Source of the DNA: Chrysomallon squamiferum
Lineage: Eukaryota > Animalia > Mollusca
Direction of reading: 5' to 3'
DNA: 64,000 nt
Assembly (NCBI GenBank): GCA_012295275.1
Contig: CM022678.1
Coordinates: 15,748,001 to 15,812,000 of the forward strand
Of the stretch, positions 16,271 through 28,573 are shown one piece after another. The position numbers and the translations under genes are program-made. The notes under the pieces are model-generated. The model had not been told where the DNA came from. It saw only the letters and a program-made list of their open reading frames with translations, and did not search any database. Each line of letters starts with the position of its first letter. Within the stretch, counting starts at the first letter, position 1.

Positions 16271-16861
16271 CTACTTCTTTGCTGCCTTCTTTGGTGTTTT
16301 TGCCTTCTTCACTTTCTTGGGCTTCACCGTCTTCGTCGTTTTGGGTTTCACTGCTTTGGGCGATTTAGGTTTAGCTGCCTTTTTAGCTTTTGGTTTCTCT
16401 GCCTTCTTCGGCGACGCTTTCTTCGTTGGTTTCGTTGGTTTCTTGGGTTTCTCCGCCTTCACTTTCTTGGGAGATTTCGCTTTCTTCACCGTCTTCGGTT
16501 TGGCTGCCTTGGGCTTCGTCGCTTTTTTCGCCGCTGCTGGTTTCTTCACTTTGGGCGTTTTCACGTCTCCCAGTCTGAACGACCCAGAGGCGCCGGTCCC
16601 CTTCGACTGCTTCAAGCTGTTGTTTTTCACCCCGGCTCGCAGCGACATCTTCAGATGCTGGTTCACGGTTTTCGGGTCGCTCACTTTGTAAGTTTTCAAG
16701 ATGTAGTTGAGAATGGCTTGGCGAGACGAGCCTCCCCTCTCTTTCAAAGCTGCAATCGCCGTCTTGATCATATCGCTGTATTTAGGGTGACTGGCAGGAA
16801 CTTTGGGCTTAGTTGTTTTCTTCTTGGGAGTCTTCACTGGGGTTGCGGCAGCGTCAGACAT
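16271..16861 (-). CDS. H1: Histone H1, copy A (196 aa, intronless, H1-delta/orphon-like, probably replication-independent)
   Basis: ATG at 16861 (AAGATGTCTGAC). Globular domain HPKYSDMIKTAIAALKERGGSSRQAI...KQSKGTGASGSFRL followed by a Lys/Ala/Pro-rich tail with SPKK/TPKK motifs. The ORF track's GTG start at 16891 is unlikely in a eukaryote. Confidence 0.97.
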   Translation of the reverse strand: MSDAAATPVKTPKKKTTKPKVPASHPKYSDMIKTAIAALKERGGSSRQAILNYILKTYKVSDPKTVNQHLKMSLRAGVKNNSLKQSKGTGASGSFRLGDVKTPKVKKPAAAKKATKPKAAKPKTVKKAKSPKKVKAEKPKKPTKPTKKASPKKAEKPKAKKAAKPKSPKAVKPKTTKTVKPKKVKKAKTPKKAAKK

Positions 16862-16901
16862 CTTCGTTTTGTTTTGAATTGTTTCTCTCACGAAAACAGA
16901 C

Positions 16902-17050
16902 GAACGTACTCTCTCGTTTGTGTACTGAGCAAGTGCCGCTTCGCCTCGACTCGACTCACTATTTATAAATAAAGCGCGGACTTCGCAGAAGTGACCACAA
17001 ACATTCGCTCGCGCGAGGCAGTTTTCAGCTGTCGTGTTAGTTTTTGTGCT
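16902..17050 (-). promoter_or_regulatory. H1 copy A proximal promoter (mirror of copy B)
   Basis: TATAAATA on minus at 16960-16967, with the same upstream elements as copy B. Confidence 0.7.
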
Positions 17051-18499
17051 TCCTACCTACGAAATTGCCTTCTTTGCCGGTTTTTAACACATTTTCTCCT
17101 AATTTTAAATTGACAGTCGTTTAGAACAGATACATATCTACGACTGTACGAAACATAAAATATTTAAGTTATCTTGTTTTATTACAAACAGTGAATTTGT
17201 GACGAAATTTGCGAGATAATAAGCACAGTGGTGCACTAAATACGTCTGTTGTAAATTAATGTTTGATTTACACATCACAGTTAAAGGTTTTCTACATTCT
17301 GTGTTTGCTGTCTTTTCACTTCTGACTGAAATTTCAACTGAAAATATATCTGCAGTCTCGCAAAAAGCGACAAACCGCGGATGAAAGAAACACAACTATC
17401 AAACCAGCCCCGCCATTTTCTTCTTGTGTTACCTTACAGCGATAAACAAAATATTCGCAAAACGGCATCAGACGTCGACTATCACAACATCCACAACACA
17501 CTAAATGATTTTAAAGCTTGTTTTTAATGTTTAATGTGTGTGCAAGCGAATAAGAAACTGTTTTGTTGTTTTTGTTGAAGAAAATAGGAGTAAACGTGTC
17601 ACGGCGAACAACAACAAAATGGCTTCGCTCATTTTCGTCAGTCGAGCCAATCTGTGTTTTATTTTGTTTTAAAGATGTTAATAATTACACGTGTAATACA
17701 GAATATATCTCACGTCTATACTTAGTATTACTGACTTATACAACATGTTATAATACTAATAATCTTGTAAGTTAAGCTGCATAGGCTGCTGGTTCGTCCA
17801 CTATGTGGGTTGTTGATATCACAGTATTAACTATTATTATACTCACAAACTTGGTTTTACTAAATATTACTGGGTTCATAGACACATTATATTTAATTTA
17901 TTTATGAGTGAATTAAATATTTTATTACTGCACAAAATAATGAATTTGCGTGTTTTATTTCAACAGCTAATAAATAAAATCAGTATCTTTGGAATCCATG
18001 TTTTATCAGGAACGTGATGACTATATGCTGTACTTCATCTCTAAATTTCACTAAATTTTATTTAGTCTCGTTTATTTGTAATTAATTTTACATAATTATT
18101 AATGTCTGTGTCGTGAAGAGACACACATTAACTTAATTAAGACATAACACAGAGATCTTTAGCGCCCGAGTAAGTGATGTTAATTAATCAATGTACAACA
18201 ACAAGGTTATAGTTGAACTGCCATAGCATGTTCACCTACATAATCGTCTTTATACCAGCTGTGACATGCACACACACACACAGAGCAAAATCCACACACA
18301 CACACAAACACTCACACACACACAAACACAGACACACACATTAATAGAAACATATATAAATACACAAAAACATTTAAAAAAAAACACAAAAAAACACCTA
18401 CACTGAGACAGACGTTGACATCTTCATACTCTGAAAAGCATGTATCCAGGCAGATGCAAAAAACACATATCTGCAGTTAAGCACACGCACAGTCAAACA

Positions 18500-18543
<44 letters not shown>

Positions 18544-19442
18544 ATACAAAAATCACAGGCATCAAACAAAGACACATAACTACACCGACACAAAACCTTG
18601 CACGTACATACTTGGTAAAACAAAATACAAACACTTAAATACACAAACATACACAGTCACACTCACGCACAGCCTTAGATATAAAAACATACACACGCTT
18701 ATACGCTTACACTAACAACAAACAAAAAAACACTTCGAGAAACGCAAACGCACACGTTCACTGACAGAACATGTTCATTCTCATTCACAAACACATGTAC
18801 GTACAGACTTAGCTAAACAAATACATAAACACATATATTTTATATTTGTAGCTATGTGAATATATTTTTTATATACATATATATTTTCTCTAATTTTAAA
18901 TTGGTAATCTTTTAGTTCAGATATATATCTATTACTGTAAAAATTACATGCACATAGATAAAAATATAAAAACACACATAAGCACTCAAATATACTCAGA
19001 TAAACTTGCACACACACGTCCACAGTCACACAGACACACATAAACACACCCACGCACACACACATGCGTGCACAGATATACAACTACACAGGCATACTCA
19101 CTCAGTTACAAATACACAAACGTATACTCAGATTCAAAGATGCACCTACACGAATACATATATACATGTACGCATATAACACGCACGCACACACTCACAC
19201 AGACGCATATTCAGACAAATATACACAAAAAACCTGTATGTGATGCAACTGAACAGCAAAGCGAATTTTGTTTCCTGTTACAAACTACAGACGTGCAACT
19301 CAGAAATAAAATTAGTCCTTTATAAAAATGTAGTATCGTTTACCAGTCTACAGTTATTTAGTGAAACTCAACTAAGAGGAGACAACTCTTGCGAGTCTCT
19401 TATCATATCCCTTTCTAAAAATACCACAGCCGAGGCACTCTT

Positions 19443-19443
19443 T

Positions 19444-19480
<37 letters not shown>

Positions 19481-19516
19481 GCTACAACCACCACCACTAC
19501 TACTACTACCACCACC

Positions 19517-19548
<32 letters not shown>

Positions 19549-19568
19549 CACTACTACTACTGTTGTTG

Positions 19569-19617
<49 letters not shown>

Positions 19618-20391
19618 GTTGCTATCATTAGTTTTGTTCTTCCTTTTCTTTGTATTTTTATTTTTACTACTACTACTACCACCACTACTACAACTACTAC
19701 TACTACCACCACCACCACCACCACTACTACAACTACTACTACTACTACTACCACCACCACCACTACTACTACCACTACAACCACCACTACTACTACTACT
19801 ACTACCACCACCACCACTACTACTACTACCACCACCACTACTACAACTACCACCCACCACTACTACTACTACTACCACCACCACCACTACTACTACTACC
19901 ACCATTACCACCACCACCACTACTACTACTACCACCCACTACAACTACCACCACCACCACTACCACTACTACAACTACCACCATTACTACTACTACCACC
20001 ACCACTACTACAACTACTACTACTACCACTACTACAACAACTACTACTACTACCACCACCACTACTACAACTACACCACCACCACCACTACTACAACTAC
20101 CACCACCACTACTACTACTACTACCACCACCACCACTACTACTACTACCACCATTACTACTACTACTACCACCACCACTACTACAACTACCACCATTACT
20201 ACAACTACCACCACCACTACCACTACTACAACTACCAATTATTACTACTACTACCACCACCACTACTACAACTACTACTACTACCACTACTACTACAACT
20301 ACTACTACTACTTCCACTCACACCACTACTACTACTACTACCTACTACTACAACTACCACCACCACTACTACTACTACTACCACCACCACC

Positions 20392-20444
<53 letters not shown>

Positions 20445-20539
20445 CACTACTACAACTACTACTACTACCACTACTACAACAACTACTACTACTACTTCCA
20501 ACTGCCACCACTACTACTACTACCACCACCACTACTACA

Positions 20540-20571
<32 letters not shown>

Positions 20572-20581
20572 CACCACCACC

Positions 20582-20616
<35 letters not shown>

Positions 20617-20677
20617 CACTGCCACTACTACTACTACTACTGCCACTACTACTACTACTACTACCACCACCACCACC

Positions 20678-20713
<36 letters not shown>

Positions 20714-20991
20714 TACTACCACTGCCACTACTACTACTACCACCACCACCACTACTACAACTACCACCACCACCACCACTACTACTACTACCACCACTAC
20801 TACTATCATTACTACCACCACCACTACTACAACTACCACCATTACTACAACTACCACCACCACTACCACTACTACAACTACCACCATTGCTACTACTACT
20901 ACCACCACTACCACTACTACTACTACCTCCACTACCACTACCACTACTACTACTACCTCCACTACCACTACCACTACTACTACTACCTCCA

Positions 20992-21085
<94 letters not shown>

Positions 21086-21127
21086 AACTACCACCACCAC
21101 CACTACCACTACTACTACTACCACCAT

Positions 21128-21159
<32 letters not shown>

Positions 21160-21199
21160 AAACTACCACCACTACTACCACTACTACTACTACCACCAT

Positions 21200-21231
<32 letters not shown>

Positions 21232-21365
21232 AAACTACCACCACCACTACCACTACTACTACTACCACCACTTCTACTACTACCACCACCACCACTACTA
21301 CTACTACCACCACCACTACTACAACTACAAGCACCACTACTACTACTACTACCACCACTACTACT
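19443..21365. repeat. ~1.9 kb compound trinucleotide array (ACT/ACC/ACA)n
   Basis: Directly visible; plus strand nearly G-free; several register shifts. Confidence 0.97.
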
Positions 21366-23421
21366 ATCATTTGCAAAACTAGCATAGAATGATTTAAGTT
21401 TTAATAAAATGAACATTAATGTATATATATATATATATATATATTAGTGTGTGTATGTTCTTCATGTACTAGCATTATATTTTATATTTTTTATAAACAA
21501 CATCATGAAATATATACATTATGTATGTCTGTACACATGTAAAATATATGTGTATGTATTTACGTATGTATATATATATATATATGCATGTATGTATGTA
21601 TATGTGTCAATGGAAATATCAATAAGTACGAGTGTATATGCATATATAATTGTCTGTTTAAATGAGCTAACGCACGCACACACACACGCACACGCACACG
21701 CACACGCACGCACACGCATACCTACACTGCCTAGTTAGTTACCAAATACACGACTTACTCTCCAGTCATAGCCACGCCCTGTTTTATCTGCAGTGACAAG
21801 AGGCAAACTGTCGTTGTAATAAACATACATTTAAATACATTAACAGCTTTTGAATATTATAAATCTGTTCATGCATTTGCTTTTTCTTTCTTGCTAACCG
21901 TAACTGCAGTAGTAGCAGAAACGGCAACAGTTTAAAATTTTTGTTGTAGTTAAAATATATATGCATTAATAATAGTAATTCTAGTAATAGTGTAATATTA
22001 GTTGTTGTAGTAGAATTAGTTTTGATAGGTGTGGTAGTGGTTGTGGTTATTACTGTGGTAGTAGTAGTTGTTGTAGTAGCATTAAGCACTAATAGTTTAA
22101 CATTTGTATTAAAAGTAATAGTAGTTGTTATTGTTCTTGTATTCGTATTAGCAATAGTAACTCTCTCTCTTTGTCTTTCTGTCTCTCTTTCTGTCTCTGT
22201 CACTCGCTCTCTTTGTGTTTGTGTGTATCGTTTGTCTTTCTCTCTATCCTTTTTTATTTTTTGTTCTCTTGCTTTTTCTTTCCCTTTCTTTTTATGTAAC
22301 TGTGTGTATGTGTGTATGTGTGTCTGTGTGTCTGTGTGTATGTGTGTCTGTGTGTATGTGTGTATGTGTGTCTGTCTGTGTATGTGTGTCTGTCTTTCAG
22401 CGCATCTTTACTAGAAAGGAAACTGAACAAGAATAAAGTTGATTTCTCTGTTTCTGTAAAGACGTAATCAATAAATTCGGAACACAAGAAAAAGATGTTC
22501 AGCTCCTGCCAGGGAATCATCAACCACTCGTAAAACACTTACGTCTGATTCCGACAGATGGCGCTGTCACCGTGGCACGTGCAGTCTCCCGCATTCCAAT
22601 ACGAATTCCGGAAATTGAACGGCCGCATCCCTTTAACTGGGCAGCTGAATTGATCTGTTCAAGTCTGTTATTAAATCAGTGAGTCGACTGGTTTAAGTCA
22701 CGATATGAGGAGAAGATCTGGGGGTGGAGTGTTCGGGAAAGTCAGGACCTTTAAGAAGAGCACGTTTTATTTAAGTCAAATGTTTGATCAGTGATGGTTG
22801 TGGGTTTTTTCGTATTACAAATTGAGAAAATGATGTGTTTTTGTTTTATTTAGATCAACTTATAACTGTTTTCTTTATAATGTGTTGAAGATTGATAAAA
22901 TAAGGTGAGAAATGTTTTAATGTAATTCTTGAACTACTGCAGCATCATTGCTTTACTACTACTACTACTGCTATGGTAATATATTGATATAATAATATTA
23001 ATTCTGTTGCTAATACTGCTATTGCAATTATGGCAATATATTAGTGTAATAATATTACAACAACTACAGCTACTACTACTGCAACATCTTCTGATCTTAT
23101 TGTTGCTAGCTCATATATATTTGTCATGTTATATTATTTATTTTTTTATTCTTTATTAATTACTTTATTTATTTATTTTAATTAATTGTTATTTGTTTGT
23201 TAATTATTCGAAGTTTTTCTTTCTTTATTTATTATTTAGTTTGTCCACTGTCTGTGTATTATTTAATTTGTTTACTATTTATTTATTCTTTTTGTTTATT
23301 TATTTAGATTTTAATTTTTTTTATTTTTGTTGTTTGTTTTAAATGTTGTTGTTGTTGTAATTGTTTATTAATTTTGATTTAAAATTTGTTTTTGTTGTAA
23401 ATGTTGTTGTTGTTGTAATTG

Positions 23422-23454
<33 letters not shown>

Positions 23455-24645
23455 GTTATTATTATTTAATATAGTTAATTTGCCAGTTGGTTATCTTTAT
23501 GGCTGTAATAGACTGTTTTTGAAATGTGGGACAAACACAGATATAATCGCAAACTGGAGAATGGCAAACAAATTTGGGCGAGGTTTCTGGGAGCCGCCTC
23601 AGACCCCCAGAAAATCCCGTGTCCTCCCATCCAGCCAAAAACCAAATCAGTCTACTACAACAACAACAGTGGGTTTTGGCTAGGTGGGAGTTGGGTGGTC
23701 AGTCTATTGTGTTCGTGTTATAGTCTGCATCAAGTATCTTCATTTCGACGCTAAAAGCATATTGCATTCACGATATAATATGTATCTGTTAGTAATAATA
23801 ATCTTTTGTTATTCTGTTATTCTTGAAACAATTCCAAAGCTGCATAGTCCTGAAGTGGCACGTGTCCCTGTTGAAAACGGAGTTTCAGATTCTGAAGTTT
23901 GTTTTCAGTGTCACGATACTTTTTCTTATATTTCCGCCGACGACTGGCTGCAAGTTGTATAACTGCTGTTTCGTTTCTGACCTGCAGGTTCTTTACAGTG
24001 GTGAGCAGTTTCTAAATGTGTGAATGTTAGAAAACCACTAGGACATAATATCATTATGACACTGTACCTTTTTCTTAACACGTTTGGCATCCACTAAATA
24101 CTACATTTACGATATTAATATGTGTGGGTAATTGGTACATGACTTGTACATCTATTAGTAATAATAACGTTTATTAATACACTGATCTTAAAAGTAATAT
24201 TAGTCTCTCAAAAGCCATACTATTACCTGATAGCTCTTCCTCATAAATGGTAGGGGTACAGGAGTGACTTCTTCTCTAGTTCTCTTCTTCATCTTGTTCA
24301 AAAGCTGGAAATGTCAGCTGACTTAGGGTCACTAGCCTGGTTGTGTGGAAGACCTATCTTACATAGTACTCTGTTCTGAGTGGCTGCACTGCAAGGCAGC
24401 CTCTCCTGTGATGCTTACAACGCCGTTAAGTGGTATCTTTATATCGGGTTTTAACACTCAACTGAAAATCGTTTTGTACAAGAAAGTGTCCGCCTTTGTT
24501 GTTGTAGCCACGATGACTGGAGTAGCTCGGCCCTGGTTGGCTTTTAAACTGTACACGACTATCTGTCCACTCAGTGCGTCTAGTCATTTTGCGGTTTTCT
24601 ATTCACTCATATGTACACACTGATCAGCATCACTACCAGAATACA

Positions 24646-24740
24646 GCTATCTACTGAGAACTGCTATCTACTGAGAACTGCTATCTACTGAGAACTGCTA
24701 TCTACTGAGTACTACTGTCTACTGAGCTATATTCACTGAA
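24646..24740. repeat. 17-bp tandem repeat (GCTATCTACTGAGAACT), ~5 copies decaying rightwards
   Basis: Directly visible. Confidence 0.9.
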
Positions 24741-25297
24741 TATAAAAAACGGACCATAGCCCTTAGTATCAATTTACTGTCAAAACATTTGGCCCAGATA
24801 TCTCAACATCATTTTGGCTATGAGGGAGACAGACTTTTTTTAAAGATTTAGGCTAAGTGGGAGTGAACACTAAAATCCATGATTCTAGCCATTTCTTGTT
24901 TGGTGTCTGATGTCTTTGAAGTCAGTTATGTCTTTCACCGCAACGATGTGGGTAGACTTCAAACAGTAAACGAATTCATTCAGTTAAAATCGTTTCTATC
25001 GGAACAGAGATTTATATTTTATATTTCTTAAATAAAATCTTTGTATAATAAAAATAAAGCGAAATAAATCGTCAATGTTGGTATTTTTGCCTCATTTGCC
25101 TCAGTGTGGTTACGGCCATGGTCTTAATCTTAAATAATGTTTAAAAAATTTCAGTTTATACATCTACCAGTCTGTCAGAATTTAAAATATCTAGCGATCT
25201 GTAATAATTCATCTAGTCACTGAAATATAAAATATAAACAGCGCAAATCTGATTTCATAACTTGAATGAATGAATGTCTGCGTTTATTTTTATTTTT

Positions 25298-25365
25298 ACA
25301 TCACATCACATCACATCACATCACATCACATCACATCACATCACATCACATCACATCACATCACA
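25298..25365. repeat. (CATCA)n pentanucleotide microsatellite
   Basis: Directly visible. Confidence 0.95.
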
Positions 25366-26024
25366 TTATATTATATTATATTATATGTAGATAATACAAG
25401 TGTACCTCAGCTGCTTCTGATGTTGCTACTACTACTACTACTACTACTACTTGTCAAGGTGACTAGTCTGAGTGTTATCTAATTACTAATCTAATTTTTG
25501 GCTCGTCCCATTTAAAGGGTAGCGTCACGTGACAAGGTGTTAACTATCTGAGACAGCTTAAACTACTCAATGACTTTTCTGAATCCACTTGAAAACAATA
25601 ACACAGTATGGATAATTGTTTTATATATACATGTAGTTTACACAAATTAACCCTAAAGGGTAATATAGAGTTACATAGTTAAACCGTACGATTCGACGAT
25701 AGGTTATCAAAGCAAACAGTGTTGACAAATAAAACAAAACTAATTCAGACCAGTTGGTTACTTGATCTTTCTAAATAATCTTTTAATTATTAAAAAACCT
25801 TAACCTTGTGTTATAAATATAAGCATGTACCACATAATGACAGCATCAAGAATTCAACAGTAACAGATTTAGCTATCTTAAATCATTCAATATGTATGTT
25901 ATATATACAAAACATTAAAACATATTTACATTGTCTGCGTTTTCCTTTGTCTTGTGCAGATGGCCCACAGACAAAGACTCTCTAGAATGGCACTTATCAA
26001 AAACACGTTAAAAAATAACCCATC

Positions 26025-26370
26025 GAATATTGTATAATTCACTACAAAGAAAACCAAATGAACACTTATAAACACATCTTTTAAAGCTAGTTTTGAGTTT
26101 GCTAAATCCCAGTGTATTTTAGTTTTTGTCTAATTACCCCCATATTCCGACATTAATTAGGTAAACAGTTAAGAACTGTAAAAATATAAATAATAAACAT
26201 GATTATACAAGACAACTGAGTAAATATTACCGTAATATAATAAGATATTTAAGATAACAGGTAGCAGACCTTCTGCTTTACCTGGACATACAAAAAATAA
26301 AGATTTTGTGAATATTCTATAATTCACTACAAAGAAAACCAAATTACACTTATAAACACATCTGTTAAAG
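26025..26370. repeat. ~61-bp direct duplication (26025-26086 and 26310-26370)
   Basis: GAATATT(G/C)TATAATTCACTACAAAGAAAACCAAAT...CACTTATAAACACATCT(T/G)TTAAAG occurs twice. Confidence 0.85.
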
Positions 26371-26731
26371 AGGCACTGATGACGTTCCGTCACACTACTA
26401 CTGCTACTACTACTATTACTGCTACTGCTACTACTACTACTACTACTACGACAACTACTACTATTACTAATACTACTATTATTATTACTACTACTAGTAT
26501 TACTACTACTACTACTACTACTTAACTGCTATAATAGCCTTCACTGTTAATGTAATTTTTTTAATTTTTTTATTTGTTAATTTGTTTGTAGGTTTGTTAG
26601 TTTGTTTATTTATTTATTTATTTTTTGTTTGGTTATTTATTTATTTGTTATTTAGTTATTTTTTATTTATTTATTTATTTATTTTCTGTTTACTTGTTTA
26701 TTTACTGACTTACTTATTTACTTTGTACAGA

Positions 26732-26800
26732 ATGAAGTTACAGTCTTTATCTACTGAAGTTACAGAAACTCTCTGGTTATTTTGGGCTTTTATTTTTGTG
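26732..26800 (+). CDS. MFSD4-like MFS transporter, first recognised coding exon (MKLQSLSTEVTETLWLFWAFIFV)
   Basis: Acceptor TTTACTTTGTACAG ends at 26730; ATG at 26732; phase-0 donor GTG|GTAAGT at 26801. Joins in frame to GLVNGIVGPT, giving the MFSD4-type TM1 pattern T-x-W...F-x-x-x-G-L-x-x-x-x-x-G-P-T. Confidence 0.8.
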
Positions 26801-27182
26801 GTAAGTAGAAAATATCTGTTTTTCAGATTTTTATTTTATTTTTGTGGTGAGTAGAAAATATCTGTTTTTCAGATTTTTTTATTTAGCAATTTTTTTATCT
26901 GTTTTTTCAGATTTTTATTTTTTTTGGTGAGTAGAAAATATCTGTTTTTCAGATTTTTATTTTATTTTTGTGGTGAGTAGAAAATATCTGTTTTTCAGAT
27001 TTTTATTTTATTTTTGTGGTGAGTAGAAAATATCTGTTTTTCAGATTTTTATTTTATTTTTGTGGTAAGTAGAAAATATTTTTATTTTTATTTTATTTTT
27101 GTGGTGAGTAGAAAAATATCTGTTTTTCAGATTTTTATTTTATTTTTTGTGGTCAGTAGAAAATATCTGTTTTTCAGATTTT
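26788..27182 (+). repeat. 46-bp minisatellite derived from the MFS exon/intron junction, 8 donor-bearing copies
   Basis: Unit TTTTTATTTTATTTTTGTG|GTGAGTAGAAAATATCTGTTTTTCAGA. GT at 26801, 26847, 26927, 26973, 27019, 27065, 27104 and 27152. Confidence 0.9.
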
Positions 27183-27632
27183 ACTTGAAAATAATTTTGT
27201 AATATGTGTTAGTGGATAAATAGAAAATATGATATTAGACTGTTTTACTGTATATCAGCAGATTTCTCTTTCTTTCTTCTTCTTCTTCTTCTAAAAATTA
27301 TTATTATTATTATTATTATTGTTATTGTTCTAAAATTATTATTATTATTGTTATTATTATTATATTGTTATTGTTCTAAAATTATTATTATTATTTATTA
27401 TATTTATTATTATCATTGTTATTCTTCTATAATTATTATTATTATTATTTTTTAATTTAATTTAATTTAATTTAATTTAATTTAATTTATTTTATTTTAT
27501 TTTATTTTATTTTATTTATTTTTAATTTAATTTAATTTTAATTTTTAAGTAAAGTATAATTATTTTATATAGTTTTTGTTTTATTTATTTATTTGTGCTG
27601 TCATACACATATGTCACTTAATCACCTTAAAG

Positions 27633-27663
<31 letters not shown>

Positions 27664-27732
27664 CAAAAAAGTAGAATAGCAGTTATAATACACTATTTGT
27701 AACTAAATGATTATACTATTTATTATTTGATT

Positions 27733-27769
<37 letters not shown>

Positions 27770-28298
27770 CACACACACACACATTCAAGAAACGTGTGTA
27801 TTAATCAGTGCTATGACAATAACACATTTTTAAAATTTATTATTTTAGTCTTACTGTATTACAGTTGACGAGACAAACGTTTTCAGTCACAGAAATCATG
27901 TTATATAATGTGACCCTTTTAAAACGTGTTGTTGTTGTTGTTGATAATCAGCTTTGTGCTGTTCCAGTGTCAAAACAATGGCTTGCTAGTTCTCAGTACC
28001 ATTGTCAATCAAGCTGAATGGGTTACAGTTTTCAGAGGAATCTTTTGTTAACTGCCTCGTTGTCACTTCTCACACCTTGTCAGACTGTTTTAGTTACGTA
28101 ATTATAAAAATGTGTGTATGTGAGTGTGTGTGTGTGTGTGAATGTGTGTGTGTGTGTGTGTGTTCATAACTAAGTAATTTGAAAAATACGGAAAATGCTT
28201 TTCTCGTATTAGTTTATCCCGCGCGTTAATTTCATGTTTATATCGATATCTTTTTGTCTGTATCTATCTGCATATGTATGTATGTATGTGTGTGTGTG

Positions 28299-28348
<50 letters not shown>

Positions 28349-28499
28349 CACACACACACATATATGTTTGTACACAGACACACACACATATATATATATA
28401 TACATTCAAAATACACACTACTCATTTGTATCTTTTCTCTAAACTATAAAAATGTACTCTCTATTTTCATGTCCTATAATTTGTAATTTCTTTTACTTT

Positions 28500-28573
<74 letters not shown>

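Larger units (their letters stand above)
15250..17870. repeat. Left arm of inverted duplication containing H1 copy A
   Basis: Reverse complement matches ~29240-31940. Core is colinear (coordinates sum to 47102, e.g. 16861/30241, 17381/29721, 17623/29479). Outer parts are diverged and contain indels. Confidence 0.9.

Noticed and set aside
16862-16891. N-terminal extension MRETIQNKTK on H1
   Set aside because: Depends on a GTG start; the ATG at 16861/30241 gives a normal H1 N-terminus.
16185-16972. Antisense ORFs over H1 copy A (and mirrors at 30130-30929)
   Set aside because: Shadow frames of the Lys-rich H1 CDS; present twice only because the arm is duplicated.
17138-17395. 85-aa ORF upstream of H1, present in both arms, as a stand-alone gene
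   Set aside because: Starts at TTG, has no recognisable domain, and conservation between near-identical arms is uninformative.
19240-21416. Long ORFs of 715, 580 and 514 aa as mucin or His/Tyr-rich proteins
   Set aside because: They are translations of a triplet array. Composition switches at register shifts and there is no unique coding sequence or credible start.
24030-25200. Possible SINE or transposon remnant
   Set aside because: Looks repeat-like, but no A/B boxes, terminal inverted repeats, target-site duplications or coding similarity could be shown; needs RepeatModeler/RepeatMasker.
26788-27182. CRISPR-like array (also considered for 63693-64000 and 24646-24740)
   Set aside because: Units are directly tandem without unique spacers, the context is eukaryotic, and no cas genes are present.
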